Positions 44,608-52,357 of a stretch of DNA of 64,000 nucleotides are shown here, piece by piece; within the stretch, counting starts at the first letter, position 1, and each line of letters opens with the position of its first letter. Made by a program: the position numbers and the translations under genes. Below the pieces are notes generated by a model. It saw only the letters and a list, made by a program, of their open reading frames with translations, was not told the origin of the DNA and made no database searches. The DNA lies in UHGV virus genome UHGV-0367612. One strand, 5' to 3'. Origin of the DNA: a virus.

Positions 44608-45672
44608 ATGTTACAGTACTTAGAGTTATTAAAGAAAGTCCATGTTTTAGGGACTTATAGAAAGCCGGCAAGAGAAGGGATGCCTGCTTCTAAGAATTTA
44701 TTCGGTGAGATGATGGAAATTGATTTACGTGATGGGTTTCCATTATTAACTACTAAAAAGATGGCTTGGAATGCTATCAGGGTAGAGTTATTATGGTTCT
44801 TGAGAGGAATACCAAACCTAAGGTATTTATGGAGATATAATGTACATATCTGGGACCAAGATGCTTATAGGTTTTACAAGAGAAAATGTGAGACTTATAC
44901 GAGGACTCCCATATCTACTTACATGAAGACTCCATTATCTTATGAGGGTTGGTTAGAGAGATTATGGGTTATGAGAAATGGTTCTTTCTGGGAAAGAAAT
45001 CAGGACTTTGACAAGATGACCTATATGGGAGCAGTTTACCCAGCTCAATGGAGAGGTACATTTGTTTTTGGAGGGTCTTCTCATACTGATCAAATCCTAT
45101 ACATGATAGAGAATATCCGAAATAATCCTACGAGTAGATACCATATAGTTGATGCTTGGAATCCTATGGATATTGACCTGAACAAAAGGACTCCAGTGTT
45201 AGCTTTACCACCTTGTCACATGAGCCACCAAATCTTGGTAGATGTGAAGAGTGGTGAGTTTGATATGCTCATGTACCAGAGAAGTGCAGATATTTTCTTG
45301 GGAGTACCATTTAACATAGCTAGTTATGCTTTACTATGTTACTTCTATAGCATGATGACTGGATATCAACCTAGGTATCTCAAAATGATTTTTGGAAGCG
45401 TTGATTTATATGAAACTCATTTTGAGCAAGCAAGAGTTCAATTGAACAGAGATCCCAAGTTATTACCGAGATTAAAACTATTACCAAATGAGAATGGTGT
45501 TATGGATAGAGTGATGGAGTTCAATATGAAGGCTAAGGAGTATTATGATAACCCCACTCATTCGAAGTTAAATGAAGTGGTCAATACATTACAACCTTCA
45601 GACTTTGAGTTAGTGGGATATGACCCACATCCTGCAATAAAAGGGAAACTAGATACTGGGTTAGGAATCTAA
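44608..45672 (+). CDS. thyA: thymidylate synthase family enzyme (ThyA-like; TS or dUMP hydroxymethylase) with large small-domain insertion
   Basis: Strong identity to E. coli ThyA blocks: LQYLEL..V...G (N-terminus), DGFPLLTTKK, PPCH catalytic Cys, MLMYQRSADIFLGVPFNIASYALL, GYDPHPAIKG. About 45 extra residues lie between IWD and YPAQWR. The pyrimidine-specificity Asn in PFNIASY is retained. Confidence 0.85.
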   Translation: MLQYLELLKKVHVLGTYRKPAREGMPASKNLFGEMMEIDLRDGFPLLTTKKMAWNAIRVELLWFLRGIPNLRYLWRYNVHIWDQDAYRFYKRKCETYTRTPISTYMKTPLSYEGWLERLWVMRNGSFWERNQDFDKMTYMGAVYPAQWRGTFVFGGSSHTDQILYMIENIRNNPTSRYHIVDAWNPMDIDLNKRTPVLALPPCHMSHQILVDVKSGEFDMLMYQRSADIFLGVPFNIASYALLCYFYSMMTGYQPRYLKMIFGSVDLYETHFEQARVQLNRDPKLLPRLKLLPNENGVMDRVMEFNMKAKEYYDNPTHSKLNEVVNTLQPSDFELVGYDPHPAIKGKLDTGLGI

Positions 45673-45736
45673 CATAATATGTTATAGAGGCATTGTTATT
45701 TATACTGTATCTAAGTTTTGAATCTAAACAACAAAG

Positions 45737-45775
45737 GGGACCGTCTAGATGACAGACCCCTTCTTTTTGTGATTA
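45737..45775 (+). terminator. rho-independent terminator after thyA
   Basis: aaggggaccgtctagatgacagacccctt hairpin followed by ctttttg. Confidence 0.45.
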
Positions 45776-45955
45776 CTTATTTACTGGACGGATGTACTTG
45801 TCATAGAACATCTTTGCCCACCAACCTATCACTACTCCCGCTGCAAATGATACCAGAGCATTAACTGATACCCAGAAAGGAGCACACTTAACGAACACTA
45901 AAGCTACGATGATGATAGCTACTACCACCAACCAAAAAATCTGTTTCTTTTTCAT
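45773..45955 (-). CDS. small 2-TM membrane protein (holin-like)
   Basis: 60 aa: MKKKQIFWLVVVAIIIVALVFVK ... VSFAAGVVIGWWAKMF. Last gene of a three-gene minus-strand unit. Confidence 0.35.
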   Translation of the reverse strand: MKKKQIFWLVVVAIIIVALVFVKCAPFWVSVNALVSFAAGVVIGWWAKMFYDKYIRPVNK

Positions 45956-45968
45956 GATAAGAATTTAT

Positions 45969-47315
45969 TTAGTTAACAAATGGATCTTCATTTGAGAATA
46001 CCTGTACATTACCAATTACCCAACCAACTTGCTCACTTGGTTTTAATATAGTGGCTACATTCACATAACTTATGGTTACTTGATTTTTACCATCAACCTG
46101 ACTTACCTTGTGAACTGGAAAATATAACTGATACTCAGTGTCACTGATTTTAATTACTTGAGAACAATTCAAAGTATAAACTTGGCCACTTGAGTTAGCT
46201 GTTTTGGGATAAGTTAGAATGGTATTTCTAAGAATTTCTTCTAAAGTATACCCAGCTTGTGTTAGTGTAGATATCCCACTAATAACTGTACCTCCAGAAG
46301 TACCTCTTTGACCAGTTCCAGTTACTGGATTGCCATTTACCATAAATATGGCTTGTATGGTTAATTTCCTTGAAAGGAGCATAGCACTACTCAATATTCT
46401 CCCTTGGTTTGCTGATAATGGAGCCTGTTTATCGGCTGAACCAAGGTGATCTACCACTATATTACCGGTTAAAACTGGGGTATTGTACCTTATTCCTCTC
46501 TCGACATACTCTAAACTCTTCTGATTGAAAGTAATGGATAGGTAATATGAAATACTGTTATAAACAACAGTCAATACTAATTCACCGGTTTCCCATGCTT
46601 GAGGATTATCTTTAAGGTTTGTGATAGTTATATTAACAGGTATATATCCTCGTACATTATCTGAAGCCTTGATTAGGAATTGTGTTTCCTTCTTATTTAG
46701 TTCAGTAATCTCTTGTATAGTCCCAATCCTCTCATTAATAAAGGCAGCCCAAGAAGCTACACTATCCTCTACCTCGTCATTGAACAGGTTATATAGGGTA
46801 TTTGGTAATACATGGACCTCACCACTACCACCCCCTATATCCGATAAGTAGGCTATTTGGTTTGCCTCTTCTCCAGTTTGACCAGCTTCTTGAACAGTTG
46901 GTCGAACTCCCTTAGGAGTGTTCAGGTTAATGGGTAATTCTGAAGTACCGAGATCAACTACATCCCACTCATTTACCATGGCAATGTTCACACTACCCAA
47001 ACCCTCTTTCTTAGCCACTCCTGTGATAAGGTCACCATTCTTCAGTTGAATGGCTAACCTGTTTGGGTGTTGTTCATCCTTAGCTTCAACATACTTCACC
47101 ACATCATCAGATGTAGTGGCTATCTTACCAGTATCTTCATATTCACCAGTTTCATTGTTGTATATCCACCAGTTATTATTCTCTCCAATCATTGGAGATT
47201 TACCTGGTGCTCCCTTCACTATATTACCCATAGTGATTTGAGCAAATACTCTCTCGTTTGTTACAACTGGAAAGATATTTAGCTCTCCATTATAAATTTC
47301 TAGCTTACAAATCAT
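45969..47315 (-). CDS. hypothetical protein, possible accessory virion/adhesin protein
   Basis: 448 aa, Gly/Thr/Asn/Val-rich beta-type composition. Not in the main structural operon. Confidence 0.3.
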   Translation of the reverse strand: MICKLEIYNGELNIFPVVTNERVFAQITMGNIVKGAPGKSPMIGENNNWWIYNNETGEYEDTGKIATTSDDVVKYVEAKDEQHPNRLAIQLKNGDLITGVAKKEGLGSVNIAMVNEWDVVDLGTSELPINLNTPKGVRPTVQEAGQTGEEANQIAYLSDIGGGSGEVHVLPNTLYNLFNDEVEDSVASWAAFINERIGTIQEITELNKKETQFLIKASDNVRGYIPVNITITNLKDNPQAWETGELVLTVVYNSISYYLSITFNQKSLEYVERGIRYNTPVLTGNIVVDHLGSADKQAPLSANQGRILSSAMLLSRKLTIQAIFMVNGNPVTGTGQRGTSGGTVISGISTLTQAGYTLEEILRNTILTYPKTANSSGQVYTLNCSQVIKISDTEYQLYFPVHKVSQVDGKNQVTISYVNVATILKPSEQVGWVIGNVQVFSNEDPFVN

Positions 47316-47321
47316 AGCAAA

Positions 47322-47726
47322 TTATATTTTTCCTATTACTGCATATTTTACCTCTAGAATGTTAGAGAATACACCTATGATTGAAGTCTCAACATTCTCA
47401 GCCTCTGATACCGTTACCTGCATCACTTGGATATCATAAACTCCATCCATATCCTTAGTCTCATCAGGAGTGAAGTTTATGAGGAGTTTGTTCCCATTCA
47501 CTCCCATTTTCCCGTATTGAAGGTCTGGGTATTCTGGAATTGGGTCTAAGATTAATGGCATGGGATTTTGGTATATAGCTACAACTTGTGAACCTTGAGC
47601 CACTACAACTCTCATTACCTTGTCTTCTAAAGTGATTGGGGTGAGTCCATCATCCTCATACATAGCTAACACTATACCAACCGTCTCACCGGTATAAATG
47701 GTATGTTTTTTGTTACAACTGTTCAT
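47322..47726 (-). CDS. hypothetical protein (Ig-like composition)
   Basis: 134-aa ORF upstream of and coupled to the 448-aa gene. Confidence 0.3.
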   Translation of the reverse strand: MNSCNKKHTIYTGETVGIVLAMYEDDGLTPITLEDKVMRVVVAQGSQVVAIYQNPMPLILDPIPEYPDLQYGKMGVNGNKLLINFTPDETKDMDGVYDIQVMQVTVSEAENVETSIIGVFSNILEVKYAVIGKI

Positions 47727-47856
47727 GTTCGTTAATATTTTAGTTTATATGATGATACAATATGGTCTGGACAACCTACATAGGATAAAATATAGCCCTA
47801 GTAATGTTACAAGTGTACTTACTTCCCACTAATACATATAAATTAAAACCAGGATT

Positions 47857-48135
47857 ATGAAGTCAGTAGAAGAGTATTTCTATTTATACTATGATCTAAA
47901 AGATGAGATGATAAGGTTATCCAAAGAGGGTAATGATATAAGGAAAGCTTTTATCACCAAAATTTACTGTGTCCCAAAGAATGAGGTTAAGAGTAATTAT
48001 CAGGACCTGAAGAAAATTGTGAGGACTTTTAAACAAGATGGGTTTTGGGCAAAGGCTTCTAAAAATAGAAATGGGATTTTAAGGATAGTAGTATTTTTCA
48101 AAAAACCAAGTATAATAGTTAGGATATTAATATGA
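47857..48135 (+). CDS. hypothetical small basic protein
   Basis: 92 aa, first of a plus-strand array of small genes with overlapping start and stop codons. Confidence 0.4.
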   Translation: MKSVEEYFYLYYDLKDEMIRLSKEGNDIRKAFITKIYCVPKNEVKSNYQDLKKIVRTFKQDGFWAKASKNRNGILRIVVFFKKPSIIVRILI

Positions 48136-48527
48136 AAATTAAAGTTTTGATTAGGTACTTAGACATTGATAAGAAAGGTAATAAGACTTACACTAAAAAA
48201 CCCATAAGTAAGTTCTCTGCTAAAGTGATAGTTTTAAAAGGTGGGCCATGGCTTGATAAATTGATACTGAAGTTTAACAATCAAGAGGTAATGGCGTTCG
48301 AGTATAACGAGCAAACTCTTACCTTCCTAAAGAAGATTACTAGTGAGTACTTTGCAGTAACTAAAGTGTATAGATGTCCATTTTACAGCTATTATCTAGT
48401 AAGTCGTTATTCGAAGGAGATAGTATCAAACTTGAGTGATTTACTGAAGCAATGTCATTACATGGATTTAATAACAACAGAAGAATATTGGCAAAACCAA
48501 ATACCCGTAAAGTTATGGAAAGAATAA
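48132..48527 (+). CDS. hypothetical protein
   Basis: 131 aa, ATGA-coupled to the previous gene. Confidence 0.4.
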   Translation: MKIKVLIRYLDIDKKGNKTYTKKPISKFSAKVIVLKGGPWLDKLILKFNNQEVMAFEYNEQTLTFLKKITSEYFAVTKVYRCPFYSYYLVSRYSKEIVSNLSDLLKQCHYMDLITTEEYWQNQIPVKLWKE

Positions 48528-48916
48528 GTATAGAAGAAGCTAGGGAGATAACCCAGGTAGCAAAAACAGAGTATGACAAAAAGGTATCTCAACGAATGAA
48601 GGATGAGATACTGTGCCTTACTAATAGTATCATTTACCAAGCTAATGGGGGAAAATATGATACTCACAATAGTATACGTTTCAGAGATAAAGATGGTGTT
48701 ACCCTTGACAAATACTGCATGAAAAGTATAGTGTCCTATTTCAAGGATCAAGGTTATAAGGTAGAATGGGGTGAAAATAACCAATCAGACAGGTACTGGA
48801 TAAGGATATCTTGGTACAAATCTCCAAAGATCACCTGGTACCAATGGTTGATTCTTATTGGGATACCAGCCATGTTAATTTATGGATTTATTAAATTATT
48901 GAGTTATGGGATATAA
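48452..48916 (+). CDS. hypothetical protein with C-terminal TM anchor
   Basis: 154 aa. C-terminus WYQWLILIGIPAMLIYGFIKLL. The true start may be an internal Met. Confidence 0.35.
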   Translation: MSLHGFNNNRRILAKPNTRKVMERISIEEAREITQVAKTEYDKKVSQRMKDEILCLTNSIIYQANGGKYDTHNSIRFRDKDGVTLDKYCMKSIVSYFKDQGYKVEWGENNQSDRYWIRISWYKSPKITWYQWLILIGIPAMLIYGFIKLLSYGI

Positions 48917-49265
48917 TGCAAGAAAAGCCTACAAGGATGTAGTGAAATCTGGGATAAACTCCAAAAGGGATAAGGATAGGTATATTATGTTACAAGAAAT
49001 CCTGACCAAGATTGAGGGAAGAGCCAAACAAGGTGAAAGGTCAATTGTGATAGAGGAACCCATAAATAGTTGGGATTTTATTTTACCGGTAGTGGAGAAG
49101 CTAAGAGAATTGGGATTTACAGTAGACCCAAAATTCTTACAATCCAGAGGTTGGGTATTAGCTATCTATTGGAATAACAAACCCAGGAATAAAGGAGAAA
49201 ACGTGATCATTCTGGGATTGGTTTTATTAGTTTTAACCTGGTTAATTTGGTTGATATGGCTTTAG
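48906..49265 (+). CDS. hypothetical protein with C-terminal TM anchor
   Basis: 119 aa. C-terminus VIILGLVLLVLTWLIWLIWL. Confidence 0.4.
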   Translation: MGYNARKAYKDVVKSGINSKRDKDRYIMLQEILTKIEGRAKQGERSIVIEEPINSWDFILPVVEKLRELGFTVDPKFLQSRGWVLAIYWNNKPRNKGENVIILGLVLLVLTWLIWLIWL

Positions 49266-49501
49266 ATAGAGATGAAAAACTCCTGAAGAAGATAGCTAAA
49301 TTCCCATCAAAGAAACAGTGGGATGATTTGGCCTATTCTTGGTTGAAGGAAAGGTTTCCTAATGCAGAGGATATAATGATCAGGGAAGCAAAATTCAACC
49401 AAGGGATATTCCACGTAGTGGCTTACATCGACTGGCAGAAGGTGAGTTTCACGGTTAATTCAACAGCACTTTTGTTTCACCTTATTAAAAAGTATTTATA
49501 G
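49247..49501 (+). CDS. hypothetical protein, tandem paralog A
   Basis: 84 aa. MALDRDEKLLKKIAKFP...LKERFP...ALLFHLIKKY. Confidence 0.45.
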   Translation: MVDMALDRDEKLLKKIAKFPSKKQWDDLAYSWLKERFPNAEDIMIREAKFNQGIFHVVAYIDWQKVSFTVNSTALLFHLIKKYL

Positions 49502-49502
49502 T

Positions 49503-49724
49503 ATGGCTTTAGAAATGGACAAGGTCTTAGGTAATATCCTAAAAGAAAGGTTCCCACAATATCCAATGAGGTTATTGTCCTATACCGATACAGGGACTGG
49601 ATGGGAAGTAAGGGCTATGGTAAAGAACTCCAACATGGCTACAGTATTAGAGGATGGATTCAATATCCTAATCTCAGATAGGGAGGTTTTAATTCACTTA
49701 ATCCAAAATTATACCTGGATATGA
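49503..49724 (+). CDS. hypothetical protein, tandem paralog B
   Basis: 73 aa. MALEMDKVLGNILKERFP...VLIHLIQNY. It shares its N-terminus, the LKERFP motif and its C-terminus with the preceding ORF. Confidence 0.45.
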   Translation: MALEMDKVLGNILKERFPQYPMRLLSYTDTGTGWEVRAMVKNSNMATVLEDGFNILISDREVLIHLIQNYTWI

Positions 49725-49930
49725 ACAGGGAAGTTAAATGTGAGTTGGTAGGATCCATATCCCCAATTATATGTGGGATGTTATTCATATTTGGATACTG
49801 GATTGGAGGTGGGAGTAGTGAAGACGTTTACGCTTCAGCAATCCTTTTAACCCTGATCTCAGCAGTTTGGGGAGGTTTAATGGGTAGTATTTACGGGTCA
49901 CCAAACGATGGCCCCATTTGTGGGCCGTAA
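49721..49930 (+). CDS. small membrane protein (2 TM)
   Basis: 69 aa. ISPIICGMLFIFGYWIGG ... ILLTLISAVWGGLMG. Confidence 0.4.
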   Translation: MNREVKCELVGSISPIICGMLFIFGYWIGGGSSEDVYASAILLTLISAVWGGLMGSIYGSPNDGPICGP

Positions 49931-49950
49931 AAAGTGGTGGAAATTTTTTG

Positions 49951-49980
49951 GAGGATATGGATAACGTATCCTCTTTTTTG
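49951..49980 (+). terminator. rho-independent terminator ending the plus-strand small-gene array
   Basis: gaggata-tggataacg-tatcctc hairpin followed by TTTTTT (49974-49979). Confidence 0.6.
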
Positions 49981-50140
49981 TATGTATAGGGTGATGGGGT
50001 GGCTTTGAATCCTTGTCCTTGATCCTTGTTTGTGGGGCTTGGGAAAGTCGTAGCTGTAGGGGGGCCGGTCGGTAGGATATAATTAAAAAATAAGTGTTAA
50101 TTTTTTAGGGGACAAATTAACACTTATCTAATTTAAAAAT

Positions 50141-50251
50141 TTAACGTTTTTCTTTCTTGAAACACACGTACAAAATGCAAACAATAACTAAAATAATAAT
50201 CTGCATAATGAAAGAAAGTATTTCAATTAATGCGTTTAAAATAGCGTCCAT
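50141..50251 (-). CDS. 36-aa hydrophobic peptide (not in ORF track)
   Basis: ATG at the complement of 50249-50251. Translation MDAILNALIEILSFIMQIIILVIVCILYVCFKKEKR, then stop. Single TM. Lies inside the AT-rich island. Confidence 0.2.
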   Translation of the reverse strand: MDAILNALIEILSFIMQIIILVIVCILYVCFKKEKR

Positions 50252-50421
50252 ATCTAAAAACAATTATAGATAAATATATCATATTTCTTTTTGAAAATTT
50301 TTTCATAGAAATATTTTTTTAGTTTTAAAATCTTTTTCTCCATTCTAAAATAATTGAATACACGAAACAAATAAAAATGAGTAGTACAAATGTACTACTC
50401 ACTAATGTAAAAATATTCATT

Positions 50422-50850
50422 TTATTTTGCGGTCTGTTTGAAATTCTTTGATTTTGCAGTCTGCAAACGTGCAAACAATTTTTTCATTGCGTCCTCTTTT
50501 TCGAGTGTCGAAGTATTATATAGCTCTTTTGCGCTATTATACTCTCCTTGCACTTCTACAATCGTGTCGTGTAGTTCTTTCAACTCGACTAACGTTTTTT
50601 TGTCAACGTTAAATGCAAAATCAAGAATGAATTTTTGATACAATTTGCGTACACTCTTTTTTTCGTGCGTTTTTGAATCCATTTTCGCTAAATTATTAGG
50701 AATCTCTAGTCCTAATAATTTATACAACTTTTCGTAGTTAATTTTACCTTTGTTGTTACTACGATTTACAACGCTTTTAGAAAATTCTTGAAATAAACTC
50801 ATAATATAAATTATTAAAAATAAAAGGTGAACTTTTAAATTTGGTGTCAC
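50422..50850 (-). CDS. hypothetical protein encoded in compositionally distinct AT-rich island
   Basis: 142-aa ORF, though the true start may be Met17 (MSLFQEFSK...). Codon and dinucleotide usage differ from the neighbours: many CG dinucleotides in very AT-rich DNA. Followed on its strand by a palindrome and T-run terminator (50379-50400). Confidence 0.4.
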   Translation of the reverse strand: MTPNLKVHLLFLIIYIMSLFQEFSKSVVNRSNNKGKINYEKLYKLLGLEIPNNLAKMDSKTHEKKSVRKLYQKFILDFAFNVDKKTLVELKELHDTIVEVQGEYNSAKELYNTSTLEKEDAMKKLFARLQTAKSKNFKQTAK

Positions 50851-51524
50851 CTCATAGCCAAATTATATTTTTACATTTTTTCAACATTTCAAAGAACTTG
50901 TTTTTTTATCGTTTTTCGATATACGAATGTACAATTAATTTTTGAACTACAAAAATATTTGCAAGAAAAAATCAAATTATTTTCATGAAAAAATTAATTT
51001 TATTTTCATTCTAAATTAAATAAAAATCGAAAAATTTTTGATTAAAAATTTGTTTTTGTCAAAAAAATTTCGTAGATTCAATATATAAAATATCCACCTG
51101 CCCGCCTGCCCACCCTATTCCTAATTCCAATCTAGCTCTGGCTTCCGCTCCTAGTCCTGGTATCTTCTGAGCCCGCCTACCTTCTTAGCCTTAAATTAAA
51201 CCCGCCTTCCTATTCCTAACCTATTAACATTAACCCAATAGCTCTCACCTTTCAGTTCTCCGGTTAACTGATAAGAAGGCTTTAAGATAACTAGGATATA
51301 AGGCCTTATGACCACTAATTATGATATCTAGTTGATCAACTCTTATCAAACATGTAAATATTCTCATAGAATAACTACTTTTCTTCTAGAAATTCATTCT
51401 GGCTGTCCTAAAATGACAGAAAAGCGAGCTTTCATTCAGTCAAACTTTCTCACACAATCAATCACAAAAATAGAGTGGCTGTATGGGTCACTCTATCATT
51501 ACATCTAATACAGCTCTTACAGCC

Positions 51525-52040
51525 TCAGTTCTTTTTCTCAAGCATTTTCACTACCTGATATCCGACCTTTGCCTGGATAACATCCATCCGGTAATCCTGG
51601 AATTTACTGTAGTGGGTGTACTCTTCCAGTTCCCTTGTCTTGATAACCTTCTCAATCCTGTTGATGAAATCCTGAACATCAACCTCATATTGTGCCTGAT
51701 GTAGTACCTGATAGTACTGGGATATCAGATCCGGAATATAGTCGCAGAGCTCATCATCCTCTGTAACCTCCATAGCCCTCTCATAAACTAAGAGTCCCAA
51801 CATATTCAGATAAGCTGTTAACCTTGTTTCCGGTACGTTGACTTCCCATATATTATCCGGTAAACATCCAAATACATCCATTATGGGTTCCATCTCTTCC
51901 CAATCCTGAGGGTCGTAAATCTTGATAGCCTTGAGCCCTGTGATCTTCTCTGCCCAAGCTAACAACTCATATTCTCCGGTTGAACCTACAGTTAATAACT
52001 TAATTTCCTTGATTCCCTGATTTGCTTGTTCGTTCTCCAT
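51525..52040 (-). CDS. hypothetical acidic protein
   Basis: 171 aa. A conserved promoter block lies immediately upstream (52068-52106). Confidence 0.5.
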   Translation of the reverse strand: MENEQANQGIKEIKLLTVGSTGEYELLAWAEKITGLKAIKIYDPQDWEEMEPIMDVFGCLPDNIWEVNVPETRLTAYLNMLGLLVYERAMEVTEDDELCDYIPDLISQYYQVLHQAQYEVDVQDFINRIEKVIKTRELEEYTHYSKFQDYRMDVIQAKVGYQVVKMLEKKN

Positions 52041-52067
52041 AATTTTATTTATTTTAAAAATTAATAT

Positions 52068-52106
52068 ATTGCAAATATAATAAACCCTGATTGCTGATGC
52101 AAATCC
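52068..52106 (-). promoter_or_regulatory. conserved Bacteroidetes-type promoter block
   Basis: Minus-strand reading: ggaTTTGCAtcagcaatcagggtttatTATATTTGCAa, 28 nt upstream of the ATG at 52040. Confidence 0.55.
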
Positions 52107-52357
52107 TTTTTAACCCTAATAGGGATCTGAAACCCGCCCACTTATCTTAGAGGCCTTAACATCACCAAGCCGAGATTTAGGATAGGGCTGAAGGACCTAT
52201 CCTCCATGGCTATGGTTCTCTATCCTAATTCTAATCCTTAGCCTGATATCCATAGCCTGACAAAGCCAAACACTAAAAGTTCTCCCAGTACATTATATAA
52301 GTACAAAGGAGAACTGATCAGGCTTGGGTTGTTGGCCTTGATTTGGGGATATGGCTC

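Noticed and set aside
49931-51520. Possible tRNA genes in the only long non-coding stretch
   Set aside because: Both strands were scanned by eye for GTTCRA T-loop motifs with an appropriately spaced acceptor stem. No cloverleaf-compatible candidate was found. This would need to be confirmed with tRNAscan-SE.
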